In this document: positions 39,959 through 48,692 of the stretch, piece after piece | How the letters are laid out: the number at the start of each line of letters is the position of its first letter | Numbering within the stretch: the stretch's first letter is position 1 | Source: Truepera sp. | Lineage (GTDB): Bacteria > Deinococcota > Deinococci > Deinococcales > Trueperaceae | DNA: 52,302 nt | Direction: 5' to 3' | Assembly (NCBI GenBank): GCA_048594695.1 | Contig: JBMDWS010000371.1 | Coordinates: forward strand, 1-52,302 | Program-made: the position numbers and the translations under genes | Notes under the pieces: generated by a model | Seen by the model: the letters and a program-made list of their open reading frames with translations, nothing else | The model's database searches: none | Told to the model about the DNA's origin: nothing

Positions 39959-40537
39959 TCAGTGAAACTTTTCGCCCCCCTCGAGCATCTCCAATATCTT
40001 CTCCATCCGCCGCCGCCGAGTTTCCGGCTTTTTGGCAGTTTGCAAGCGGTAAAAGATCGCGTAGCGGTTTTGCCTGTTGAGGGTGTCGAAAAATGCTTTG
40101 GCTGTGGGGCTCGCCTCCAGAGCCAAAAGAAAGTCCTCGGGTAAGGTCATCTCGCTTGGTGGAGCGTAGGCGGCTTCCCAGCGCCCGTCGGCCTGGGCGG
40201 CACGGACGTGAATCAGACCCGCTTCCTGCATGCGGCCCTCGGCGGTGAGGCGCTCGACATGCTCGCGATTGACTTTCGACCAGGTGCGTCCTTTGCGGCG
40301 CGGCGTGAACCGCTGCACATAGGCCTGTGCGTCGAGGCTTTTGCTGATGCCGTCGATCCAGCCCCAGCAGAGTGCCTCGATGACCGCCTCCCGCCAGATA
40401 ATGCTCTGCCTTCCCGAGCCCTTTTTGTACATCTTGATCCACACTTCGGGTTCGGAGGCGTGGTGCTGCTCGAGCCACGCGCCGAAGTCGGCGGGTGTAG
40501 CAAAGGCGTGCGTGCGGGTTGGGTCGGGTTCAGGCAT
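39959..40537 (-). CDS. YdeI/OmdA family (bacteriocin-protection) protein
   Basis: WLEQHH, EALCWGWIDG, FTPRR...WS.VN, AKKPETRRRR. Confidence 0.9.
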   Translation of the reverse strand: MPEPDPTRTHAFATPADFGAWLEQHHASEPEVWIKMYKKGSGRQSIIWREAVIEALCWGWIDGISKSLDAQAYVQRFTPRRKGRTWSKVNREHVERLTAEGRMQEAGLIHVRAAQADGRWEAAYAPPSEMTLPEDFLLALEASPTAKAFFDTLNRQNRYAIFYRLQTAKKPETRRRRMEKILEMLEGGEKFH

Positions 40538-40651
40538 GAAAAGTTACGTCAGTCTATCCCGGTTTCTCTGTGTTATGGCGCACGCGCCCAGTGCTGTGTC
40601 GATCATGTGCCCCGCTGCGGTTGCCCTGTTCGGGAGCGTCTAGAGTAGGGC

Positions 40652-41176
40652 GTGGCCGCTTTCGACTACGATCTGGACTTCAAGACAACCGATTTTCGGG
40701 CGCACCCCGAGCTTTACCGGGTCGGCAAGGGCGAGCAGGGCGTGCTTCTGGTCGAGCCCTACAAGAGCGAAATCCTGCCCCACTGGCGCTTCAAAACGCC
40801 GGAGGTGGCAGAAGCGTCCTCCAAGAAAATCTACGCGATGTTCGAGGCGTACCTGGAAGTCGAGGATTTTCCGGGTGCGGACATGGCGCGCAAATTCTTG
40901 CAGATGGGTTGGACGCGCTCGCGGCGCTACGCCAACCACAAGGGTGGCAAAAAGTACGACGGTCCCGTGCCCGACGATAAAAAAGGGCAGAGTGGGGCAC
41001 ATGGGAGAGCCGTGCTACCTAGAGAGATCGACGAAGTCAAGGCTGCTTCAGCGGAGATCTTTTATGCCCGCTACCTTCGGGCTCGGGAGCACCCAGAGTA
41101 TAAAAGGCAGCGGGCGGAGCATATCGCGCGTTACGAAAAGGTGAATGAACACCGTGCCAAAGCCGAACGCCGCTAA
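40652..41176 (+). CDS. DUF4385 family protein
   Basis: YRVGKGEQGVLLVEPYKSEILPHWRFKTP, GADMARKFLQMGWTRSRRYANHKGGKKY. Confidence 0.88.
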   Translation: MAAFDYDLDFKTTDFRAHPELYRVGKGEQGVLLVEPYKSEILPHWRFKTPEVAEASSKKIYAMFEAYLEVEDFPGADMARKFLQMGWTRSRRYANHKGGKKYDGPVPDDKKGQSGAHGRAVLPREIDEVKAASAEIFYARYLRAREHPEYKRQRAEHIARYEKVNEHRAKAERR

Positions 41177-43035
41177 TCCACCCGGCGGATGCCCAGAGGC
41201 AGCTCCGACAAGACGTTTGGAACGATGGCAACGTAGAGATTGTTCGCGTTGACGTCTCGCGGCAAACGGAACTGAAAAGAGAGCTGGCTGTCTCTTGGAG
41301 AGACCGAGCTGACCGTTCGCAGGGTGCGCTGGCGACCGATTCCCTGGACTTCTATAAGCTGCACGCTCTGAATGTTGTACCCGAGACCGAACGGGCTAAT
41401 CGTACTGAAAAACTCGTCACGTTCGTCGTCCAGCAAGACGTCGACGGTTCTCAGGAGAGTGCTGCCGCCGATGCTGGCGCTTAGAACGAGGGGCGACTGG
41501 GCTGCCAGTTCATTAAATTCGAGCGGCTCGAGCCCGAGGCTATCAGCTGCGTCGCTGCCGAGCAGAAGCTCGACGAAGCTCTTGACCGCTGTGAAAGGGT
41601 CAACGCGGTAGTACTTACGCAGCTGATAGTCCGCCGGGTTGTTGTCCGCAATTTGCGTCGTGACCGACGCCAGATCGAAAGTCATCTCGTAGCCTTCGCG
41701 CACCTCGAAGAGATCGAGCTTCCCGAACGGAACCCGGACGCTCAGCAGCACGTCGGCGAAGACGCCAGCCTTAAGATCACGGATCGTCGTGGCGAGGGTG
41801 CCCAGGCTGCCAAGCGACACGTTTCCCTGCGCGGTCAGATTACCGGCGCGAGTCAGGTTGGTGCAGCCCGCCGGAGGGCGACAATCGAAACCCAGTCGGA
41901 CAGCGCCGCTGGTACGTGCCCGCGCCGAGAAGGTTCTCGAGCCCGCCCCGTAGCTACCACCCAGCGTCAGGCCTGGAGTCAACGTGGCCTCAAACGAAAA
42001 GCCCAACGCGCTGAAGGTCTGGGTCACACCATTACGAATCTTGCACGCGACGTCGAGCCCGTTGAAGTTTGTGTTGATGCGGTGGTTACCCGAGCTTACG
42101 GTGAGCTGGGGCGAAGCCGTGAAGAGGAAGCTGGCGCGACCTGCTGTGACGAAGGGAACTGGCAGATCAAAGACAAAGCGGAAGGTCGGACTCCCGGTAT
42201 TAAGCGTAAAGCTCGGCGTGCCCAGATCGAAAGTGGTGGGAGGGGTGTCGCCGTTACAGCGGAAGGGACCGATGTCAAACGCCTGGGGCAGCACGCTGTT
42301 TCTGGTTTTGGGAGTGAAGGTGAAGGTGCCGTCCCGCGCACGCTGAACATTATAGGCACGCTTGACGTCTTCGGAAACGGTCACTTCTTCAGAGACGAGC
42401 TCGAGCGTCTCATATACCTTAAGTGCGCTAAAAATTGTAGCCATTGGTACAATCTCGAGGGTAACCTCGGTGCCTGTTGCGACGCTCCGGCTCGAGACGA
42501 TCTCGCCCATGACCGGAAACCCTGTAGACGTCTTGCTGAACCACAGCTTGCCTACAGTCGGGGAAACATCTTGCAGGATAACGGTGTACGTCTTGCCAAC
42601 ATCGAAAGGACTGACCCCTACGGGGAATACGGGTTCGGCAACGATTTTGCTGCTCTCGATGCGAACCACCGTTTCAGCGAGGCTGCCGACCGAGGCCAGG
42701 ATGGGCGCTGAAACTGCGTCACCAGAGCGAGCTCGGAGCAGAGCGCTGCCGACGGCATGCCCTTTAGCGTTTCCAGCCTGATCAACGCTTACGACAGCGG
42801 GATTACTGCTTTCCCAGACTATCGAGCCCTCGACAGGATTCCCTTCTGCATCGAGAGTCTGGGCGGTGAGGGTCTGCAGTGCGCCGATATTCTCGAGGAG
42901 CAGCGAGCCCTCTGGAACGACAACGCGCTCGGCACTTGCGCTAGAGGGCGGTTCAGTCGGAGGGCCGGACTGGCAGGCGCTGAGTGCGAGGGTGGCAAAT
43001 AGACTTGACCAGCAGAGGTAAACTTTAAAGGTCAC
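41173..43035 (-). CDS. Large lipoprotein with an N-terminal Ig-like (Big_2) domain and a beta-rich body
   Basis: LALSA-C lipobox, IVWESSNPAVVSVDQAG..G...GSA Ig-like motif, Cys pairs in the mature region. AGGAGA RBS before GTG. Confidence 0.82.
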   Translation of the reverse strand: MTFKVYLCWSSLFATLALSACQSGPPTEPPSSASAERVVVPEGSLLLENIGALQTLTAQTLDAEGNPVEGSIVWESSNPAVVSVDQAGNAKGHAVGSALLRARSGDAVSAPILASVGSLAETVVRIESSKIVAEPVFPVGVSPFDVGKTYTVILQDVSPTVGKLWFSKTSTGFPVMGEIVSSRSVATGTEVTLEIVPMATIFSALKVYETLELVSEEVTVSEDVKRAYNVQRARDGTFTFTPKTRNSVLPQAFDIGPFRCNGDTPPTTFDLGTPSFTLNTGSPTFRFVFDLPVPFVTAGRASFLFTASPQLTVSSGNHRINTNFNGLDVACKIRNGVTQTFSALGFSFEATLTPGLTLGGSYGAGSRTFSARARTSGAVRLGFDCRPPAGCTNLTRAGNLTAQGNVSLGSLGTLATTIRDLKAGVFADVLLSVRVPFGKLDLFEVREGYEMTFDLASVTTQIADNNPADYQLRKYYRVDPFTAVKSFVELLLGSDAADSLGLEPLEFNELAAQSPLVLSASIGGSTLLRTVDVLLDDERDEFFSTISPFGLGYNIQSVQLIEVQGIGRQRTLRTVSSVSPRDSQLSFQFRLPRDVNANNLYVAIVPNVLSELPLGIRRVD

Positions 43036-43135
43036 CGGGTATCTCCTTTTCTGCCTGGCTAGGCGCTAGACGAAGGTTGCGATGGGTAGGTTTGCGGATG
43101 ACGTTTAGACACGAGCTTCACCCCTTTCTGATCCC

Positions 43136-43300
43136 TTAGCGCAGCCCCTGATGCTCGAGCTGCTTGACGACGTAGCGCCGCAAGCTCGCCCACGAGGCGA
43201 ACGTCTGTTGCTGACCGGTTTTCAAATCGTGGAGAGAAAGACGCACAGTGCCGTCTTTACGCTGAGCGCGAAGGATAAAAGCGGCGCTGCCCCGGGTCAT
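43136..43300 (-). CDS. Small protein (54 aa) absent from the ORF track
   Basis: MTRGSAAFILRAQRKDGTVRLSLHDLKTGQQQTFASWASLRRYVVKQLEHQGLR*. ATG lies 6 nt after CACAGT and just downstream of heptamer repeats; same orientation as both neighbours. Confidence 0.7.
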   Translation of the reverse strand: MTRGSAAFILRAQRKDGTVRLSLHDLKTGQQQTFASWASLRRYVVKQLEHQGLR

Positions 43301-43320
43301 GGCGCTACTGTGGCAGAGGG

Positions 43321-43351
43321 GCGTTACGTGAGCGTTTCACCGGAGCGTTGC
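43321..43351 (-). promoter_or_regulatory. Candidate SARP-type binding site: heptamer direct repeats
   Basis: Plus strand GCGTTAC (43321), GCGTTTC (43332), GCGTTGC (43345). The first two are exactly 11 bp apart and end 8 bp upstream of a -10-like CACAGT on the minus strand. Confidence 0.6.
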
Positions 43352-43397
43352 ATGAACTGGGTCACATGGGATACGTCGGTTCGTACCCGGATACACG

Positions 43398-46300
43398 CTA
43401 GAAGTCGGGCAAGCTGGACAAGAGTGCGTCCCCGAGTTGCTCTACGTTCAGGGTGCAGCTGTGCGCCAGGTCTGAGAGGCCGGCCTCGAGTTCGGTATGA
43501 ATGCTTAGCGGGACGTCACTTACGAGACTCGACATCGTTTTCATGATCGCCTGCATGACGGTTCCGCGTAGCCCTGGATCTTCGGCGATAAAAACGGCGT
43601 GGGCGATTTTTCGGCGATGCTGCTGTGCAAAATTCAGGAGGCCGAGCTGCTGTGGCACGGAGGGCGAAGGGCAGTCTCGCCCCACGAGAATCAGGCAAGC
43701 AAAGCTTCTGTCCAGCTCGTTGGCGAGCTGCTGCACGCGTGTGACGCCTTCGTCACGTACCGCTTTTAACCAAAGTTGGACCAAGACTGGAATGGGTGCC
43801 TCAGTTAAAACTGTAGCGACCAGATACTCGGGGGTATCGGGGTACGTAAGGATGCGCTGAAACTTTTCGGTCAGTGTGGTTTGGTCTGGGCTTGGCACAT
43901 TGACCTCGGGTGGGAGGGCGGCGCCAAAGGCCGCTGGTCCTGTAGGTGCGGGCAAATATGATCGTGAGGGTGGAAATGTCCGAGGTTTAGGGAGTACCTG
44001 CTGAAGTTCGTTCCAGACGTATCCCGGGACGGCTTTGCGGCTGAGCTTGTCGGCGAAAGCCATGACCTGTTCGCGCTGCTGGGGATTGCCGTAGCGCAGC
44101 GCCGCGATGGCTACCCTGGCGCGGGCACGGTCGATGACCGTGTCTTCTAGGGCATAGAGACTTTGCCTCAGCGTAAGTTCACCTGCACCGAGTTCGCCGC
44201 TAGCGAAATAAACTTCTGTTAGGTAGCCCAGCACGACGGCGCGGTTGCTCGGGTCGTGAGTATGAGCCGCGAGCGACTCGAGGAGTTGTCGGGCGTTTTC
44301 GGGTTGTTCCAGTTCGAGATAGGCCTTAGCCAGGTTGATTTTGAGGATCTCGCTGGCATCGTAGTGGTCGATCGGCAGAGCTTTGACCGCCAGCTCGAGT
44401 GCCGCTTCAGGTTGATCCAGCTCAAGTTGACAGTAGAGATAGTTGGCTACGGACCACACCCACCAGTAGCGGTCGTGGTGCTGCTCGGCAAGCCGCAACG
44501 CGCGGAGGTAGAGGGGAGCCGCCTCGGTGTAGGCCCCGTTGCCGCAGTAGAGCCAGGCCAGATTGGAATGAAGCTGAATCACGAGACGCGGCTCGAGGGT
44601 GGCGAGGTCGCTTCCGAGGAGCGTCTCGAGCCGCGCCACCACACGTTCCTGCTCGCCTGAAAGAGCGCAGACATTGGCGTAGGCGAGGAGCGCACTCACG
44701 TAACTTTCAGGAAATACTTTGGTTACTTCCGAGGTCGAGGTGGAGAGTTCCAGCGCTGCCTCGGCACTTTTCAGGGCCGTACCGAGCTGACCCAGGCGAA
44801 GCGCCACATAGGTCTTCAGGATCAGCACTTTACGTTTCAAGGTGGGGTCTCGGGTGCCTAGCAGGGATTCGCAAATCTTCGCAGCTTCGTTGTAGCGTCT
44901 GAGGCTCAGGAGGGCGTCGGCTCTCAGGTAAGTAAGCCTGTCGAGCATGTTTCGGTTCGGCTCGAGAGCGAGCGCGCGCTCCAAGATGGCGAGGGCTTCG
45001 TGAGTGAGCCCTTGCGCAAGAAAAGTTGTTGCGGCCTCCTCGAAAGCGTCGGCTGCGTGCTCGCTAAGGTTGGCGTTCAACCAGTGCTCGGCGACGCTTA
45101 GAGGTTCCGCCGTGCCGGTTAGGGCCTCGGCCAACCGGGCGTGCAGGTAGTGGCGGCGGGTAGCTGAGAGGGAGAGGTAGACGCTTTGCCGCAGCACATC
45201 GTGGCTGAAGTGGTCTTCAAGGGTTAGACCCGCGGTTTCGGCCTCCTCGAGTGCACCGAGCACCGCGACTTCGGAGAGCCCGGTCACGCGAGCAAGCAGT
45301 CCGGGAGAGAAAACACCCTGCACGACGCTAGCAGCTTGAAGCACCCGCCTCACCTCTTCGGGCAGCGCGGCCAGCCGGCTCAAGATGAGTTCGGTAATGC
45401 GGCTCGGCACCTCGAGTTCGGCATAGTCCCGGGTTACCTCGTCGAGGTGGGTGTGCCAGTTGCTTCCCTCGGCGCGGAGCAGGGTGCTCTCAAACAGGCT
45501 TTTGAGAGTTTCGAGAGCAAATAGCGGGTTGCCTTGCGAGCGCTGATAGAGCCAGCGGCTAAAGATTTCCGGTCCTTCCGCTGCACCGATGAGTTGCCCC
45601 ACAAGCTGCCGGGTTTCTGCTTCGCTGAGCGGGCCCAGCTGAATTTCGTCGAGACAGCCCTGTGATCGCAGGGCGGCGCGCGCCGCGTACAGGGCGGGAG
45701 TTTGTTCATGGAGGCGGTAGGCTCCGAAACAGCGTGACCGTCTTCGCAACACCAGGTAGATGAAAAGCTCGAGCGTCGCATTGTCGGCCCACTGCAAGTC
45801 GTCGAACACTAGGGGTGCCGCAAAGCCCTCACAGATGCGGGCTAGCGCGTCGATTAGACGCGCTTTGGCAAGCCCCGGCTCGAGTGGGCCGGGCGTGAGT
45901 TCGGGTGCGGTTTCTGGAATCAGTCGGGCGAGGTCTTCGCGGTAGTGCTCCAGCTCGGGCAGGCGCTTCAGGTTTGCCCGGATAAGGTCCACGACAGGGT
46001 AATAGGGTACGTGGGCAAGACCTTCACGGCAGCGACTCCAGAAGGCTCCGGGCAGACTTTCCTCGAGTAAGCGGGTTTTGCCTACACCAGGTTCGCCCGC
46101 AAGCAGCAAGGCGGCAGGTTGTGGCTCGCTCGCCTCGAGAAGTCGCGCCGTTTCCAGACCCCTGCCGACGAGTTTCGGTGGGCGCAGCACTGTTAGGGGG
46201 ACGGTGTTCCGGGCTGGTGCGGGAAGAGCCGTGGTTCCCTGCAGGGGTTCTGCCTGTTGTATGACGCGAAAAAGCCGCTGGGTGCGCTCGAGAGGTTCGA

Positions 46301-46943
46301 GGTCGAGCTCATCTTCTAGCCGTTCAAGAAAGAGCTGGTAGCGCTTAAGCGCCTCGTCGCGCTGTCCGCTCAGATAGGCCTGCTCTAGATACCGGTTCAG
46401 GATGTCTTCGGCAAGCGGATCTCGTTCGAGCAACTGCTGGAGCAGTCCGGCGGCTTGCGCGTGCTCCTTATCCCTATCTAGCTCGAGAACGCGTTGCAAG
46501 GTTGCCTTTCGCCAAGCACTGAGCAAAATCTCCCGTTCGTTACCGCACCACGCCTCGAAGCCGGGGACATTCCCCAGAGGAAACCCGTCGAGCAGCGGAC
46601 GTTGGTGAAGGTCTAGAACGGCTCCCCAGTCTTTTTTTGCAAGCGCCTCGCGCAGTAACCTCACGTCGCTGGCAACGCGCCAGCGCAGGCGCAGCGGTTC
46701 GCTGTCGAAGTCTTCAACCCACGCCGGTGCTTTGGCGCGGCTAATAAGAACGCGCAGACTGCGCCGGGCTCGCTGTTCGTCTTCGTCAGGCCAGAACACT
46801 CCCAAAAGCTCGTCGCGGCTGACCCAGTCGCGGGCGCAGGCGAGGTAGACGAGCAGGAAAAAGGGTTTATGGGGGGGAAGCTCCATGTGCCGCGCGCCCC
46901 ACTCGAGGTGAGGCGTGCCCAGCAGGCGCACGAGGAGCGACAT
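43398..46943 (-). CDS. SARP/BTAD transcriptional activator + STAND ATPase (AAA_16) + TPR + extra C-terminal domain
   Basis: VRLLG.P, LLVYLA....VSRDEL...FWPD, FEAW, DPLAE, LELEP-type BTAD end, LVGR, GEPGVGKTRL, VFDDLQWAD, GNPLF, FSHD, TPR-like helices. Leaderless ATG 5 nt after TACACT. Confidence 0.9.
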   Translation of the reverse strand: MSLLVRLLGTPHLEWGARHMELPPHKPFFLLVYLACARDWVSRDELLGVFWPDEDEQRARRSLRVLISRAKAPAWVEDFDSEPLRLRWRVASDVRLLREALAKKDWGAVLDLHQRPLLDGFPLGNVPGFEAWCGNEREILLSAWRKATLQRVLELDRDKEHAQAAGLLQQLLERDPLAEDILNRYLEQAYLSGQRDEALKRYQLFLERLEDELDLEPLERTQRLFRVIQQAEPLQGTTALPAPARNTVPLTVLRPPKLVGRGLETARLLEASEPQPAALLLAGEPGVGKTRLLEESLPGAFWSRCREGLAHVPYYPVVDLIRANLKRLPELEHYREDLARLIPETAPELTPGPLEPGLAKARLIDALARICEGFAAPLVFDDLQWADNATLELFIYLVLRRRSRCFGAYRLHEQTPALYAARAALRSQGCLDEIQLGPLSEAETRQLVGQLIGAAEGPEIFSRWLYQRSQGNPLFALETLKSLFESTLLRAEGSNWHTHLDEVTRDYAELEVPSRITELILSRLAALPEEVRRVLQAASVVQGVFSPGLLARVTGLSEVAVLGALEEAETAGLTLEDHFSHDVLRQSVYLSLSATRRHYLHARLAEALTGTAEPLSVAEHWLNANLSEHAADAFEEAATTFLAQGLTHEALAILERALALEPNRNMLDRLTYLRADALLSLRRYNEAAKICESLLGTRDPTLKRKVLILKTYVALRLGQLGTALKSAEAALELSTSTSEVTKVFPESYVSALLAYANVCALSGEQERVVARLETLLGSDLATLEPRLVIQLHSNLAWLYCGNGAYTEAAPLYLRALRLAEQHHDRYWWVWSVANYLYCQLELDQPEAALELAVKALPIDHYDASEILKINLAKAYLELEQPENARQLLESLAAHTHDPSNRAVVLGYLTEVYFASGELGAGELTLRQSLYALEDTVIDRARARVAIAALRYGNPQQREQVMAFADKLSRKAVPGYVWNELQQVLPKPRTFPPSRSYLPAPTGPAAFGAALPPEVNVPSPDQTTLTEKFQRILTYPDTPEYLVATVLTEAPIPVLVQLWLKAVRDEGVTRVQQLANELDRSFACLILVGRDCPSPSVPQQLGLLNFAQQHRRKIAHAVFIAEDPGLRGTVMQAIMKTMSSLVSDVPLSIHTELEAGLSDLAHSCTLNVEQLGDALLSSLPDF

Positions 46944-47052
46944 AGCTGAGTGTACTCGGCCTGACCAGGAGGCCTTATCTCAAGAGGTTACCCGTGAGGA
47001 AGTAAACGCGCCCCCAGCGCGCGCTGACCATTCTCGCCAGTCGCCCGCCTTG

Positions 47053-47436
47053 CATGCAGGACGGGTCGATATGCAGAGTGCAGAGATGGATGCGGGGCTG
47101 CAGACGAAAAAACGTGCGACTCCTGCCACCGACCCAGGGCACTGGGGGCGCGGATTGTAAAAAGCCGAGTGCCGCTCCAGGGGCGACAGGGCGCACCGTG
47201 AGGCTGGTGAGGTAAACCCTTACAAGGGCAAGGATGCCGAAACCTCGTTCGGCAAGTATTTCCTGAAGCCAGTCGAGATAATCCAGGCTGAACGCGACAC
47301 CCGAGTCCGCCTTCGAGAAGGGCGTGCGGGGTCGACAACGAAGTTTAGACGCAGAATGGTCCCGGGATCACAGCGAACCTCGCCCTCAACAATGAGGGTC
47401 TTTCCTCTAGCGTCACTCTCGCAGACCCGTTACATG
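47053..47436. ncRNA. Putative large structured non-coding RNA, unassigned (plus strand slightly favoured)
   Basis: No convincing ORF. Long-range closing stem and at least six internal helices visible; A-rich loops on the plus strand. No known family recognised. Confidence 0.45.
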
Positions 47437-47535
47437 ATTTATTCAGGTAACTGTACCGACGCATGGTTTGCTTTTCTGAAGCGGGTGCTGTTCGGGATAA
47501 TGGGTGTTACGGGCGTCTGCGCAGGGAATCTGGTT

Positions 47536-48015
47536 TCAGGGCTCTTGCCTGGGGCAAAGCTCGAGCACGAACCTCTCGCTGTAACGGCCCCCGTTATGGC
47601 GCAGGCAGCAGCCACGGCAGGCCCAGCTTTTTCGCGTTTTGCGCCAACGCGGGTAGGCCGCGCCGCAGGTACGGCAGACGAGGCGGTAGGGTGCCGTCGG
47701 TAGATTGACTGTATCTGTATCGAAGCAGCGCCTCGGGGTCGCGCCGATGCGCTGGGCGACCTCACGCCAACGCGGTCCGTGCCCGGCGCGGTGGCCCGCC
47801 AAAGCGTGGGCGATCTCGTGTAGGAGGGTGTCCCGAACCGCCGCCTCGCTATTGAGGGCGACCAGCGGGGCCGAGAGGTAGAGCGTCTTGCGGCTGTAAT
47901 CGCAGAGGCCGAAGGTGCGTTTGCGCCGGAACCAGGCAAGACGCCAGCCTTTTGCGCCTAGACCATGTTCACGTAACAGGGCGTCGCCAAGTGCCTGTGC
48001 GGACTCGAGCGTCAC
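47536..48015 (-). CDS. SprT-like zinc metalloprotease with a C-terminal zinc ribbon
   Basis: KRTFGLC, DTLLHEIAHAL, GHGPRW, then C..C / C..C. Confidence 0.9.
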   Translation of the reverse strand: MTLESAQALGDALLREHGLGAKGWRLAWFRRKRTFGLCDYSRKTLYLSAPLVALNSEAAVRDTLLHEIAHALAGHRAGHGPRWREVAQRIGATPRRCFDTDTVNLPTAPYRLVCRTCGAAYPRWRKTRKSWACRGCCLRHNGGRYSERFVLELCPRQEP

Positions 48016-48099
48016 GCCCTCACCGGCGGCTGGCGCTTTGGGGCCGTCTCGACAAGCGCGTTCATAAACGGAGTCTACGATGCTCGGGGTTGGTGCGGT

Positions 48100-48588
48100 C
48101 TAGGCCAGGCCCAGCCACCGCAGAAAACGCGAGGTCGGGCTTGGTGGGGTTAGCTCGAGGCAGCGTTCACCTGTGGCTGCCGTGAGTTCGTTGCGGTAGA
48201 GCGCGATGAGGGTCTCGTTCAGGCGCTCGCCCCGGCTAAAGTGCCGGATAAAGATGGGGTTGAGCGTCGCCAGCAGGGGCTCGAGCGTGCCCACTTCGGG
48301 TAGTTCGCCGTGTCGCTCGAGGTGGTCTTGCAGGTATTCCCACTGCACCAGGTAATAGAGCCGTTCGGCGTCGCGGAGGCGCAGACCCAGCGCTTGCACT
48401 TCGGGGAGGCTGAGGGCCCGGAGGCGGCTCAGGCTGTAGCGAGTCGCGCTGAAGGCGCGCTCGAGGGCGCGGGTGTCGACGCCGAGGGCCGACGCGAGGC
48501 GCGCGCGTCCCCGGTTGTCCCTCTCGCTGGGGCGCACTTTTGTCCGCCTTAGGGGTGCCCATCCCAGGGGTTGTCTGCTGTAAGCCAT
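48100..48588 (-). CDS. Hypothetical protein
   Basis: GGGAGG RBS before ATG 48588, host-like codons, helical; weak HhH-like segment LSLPEVQALGL...AERL. Confidence 0.62.
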   Translation of the reverse strand: MAYSRQPLGWAPLRRTKVRPSERDNRGRARLASALGVDTRALERAFSATRYSLSRLRALSLPEVQALGLRLRDAERLYYLVQWEYLQDHLERHGELPEVGTLEPLLATLNPIFIRHFSRGERLNETLIALYRNELTAATGERCLELTPPSPTSRFLRWLGLA

Positions 48589-48692
48589 ACGCGTCACCTC
48601 CCGTTCGCTCTTTTCCGTTATAGGGCGAAGTTCGGTCAGTAAAGCGTGTCAAACTTAACTTCAGCTTAAGAGTGTGGCAACAAAGTGAGATT

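Noticed and set aside
43151-43546. 131-aa plus-strand ORF
   Set aside because: Antisense to the regulator 3' end and the 54-aa ORF, with no start signals or recognisable motif.
46975-46990. SAM-I riboswitch-like start (CTTATCtcAAGAG)
   Set aside because: Has a 2-nt insertion and none of the downstream GAGGGA/GCAACC/GTGC core.
47080-47110. T-box stem I (AGAGA...GCTG) or lysine riboswitch (AAGG..TGCCGAA)
   Set aside because: Required pairings and the UGGNACC antiterminator bulge are missing, and there is no downstream plus-strand amino-acid gene.
47061-47430. Retron msr-msd or MITE, suggested by terminal inverted repeats
   Set aside because: No reverse transcriptase or transposase nearby, the repeats are bulged like an RNA stem, and no target-site duplication is visible.
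46990-47436. RNase P RNA (GCGCACC, GGTAAACCC, GCAAGG fragments)
   Set aside because: The universal P4 elements GAGGAAAGUCC and ACAGAA.CCGGCUUA are absent on both strands.
48613-48629. Deinococcal RDRM (DdrO) box upstream of the hypothetical-SprT genes
   Set aside because: Only one half-site (TTCCGTTA) fits; the other half lacks the required symmetry.
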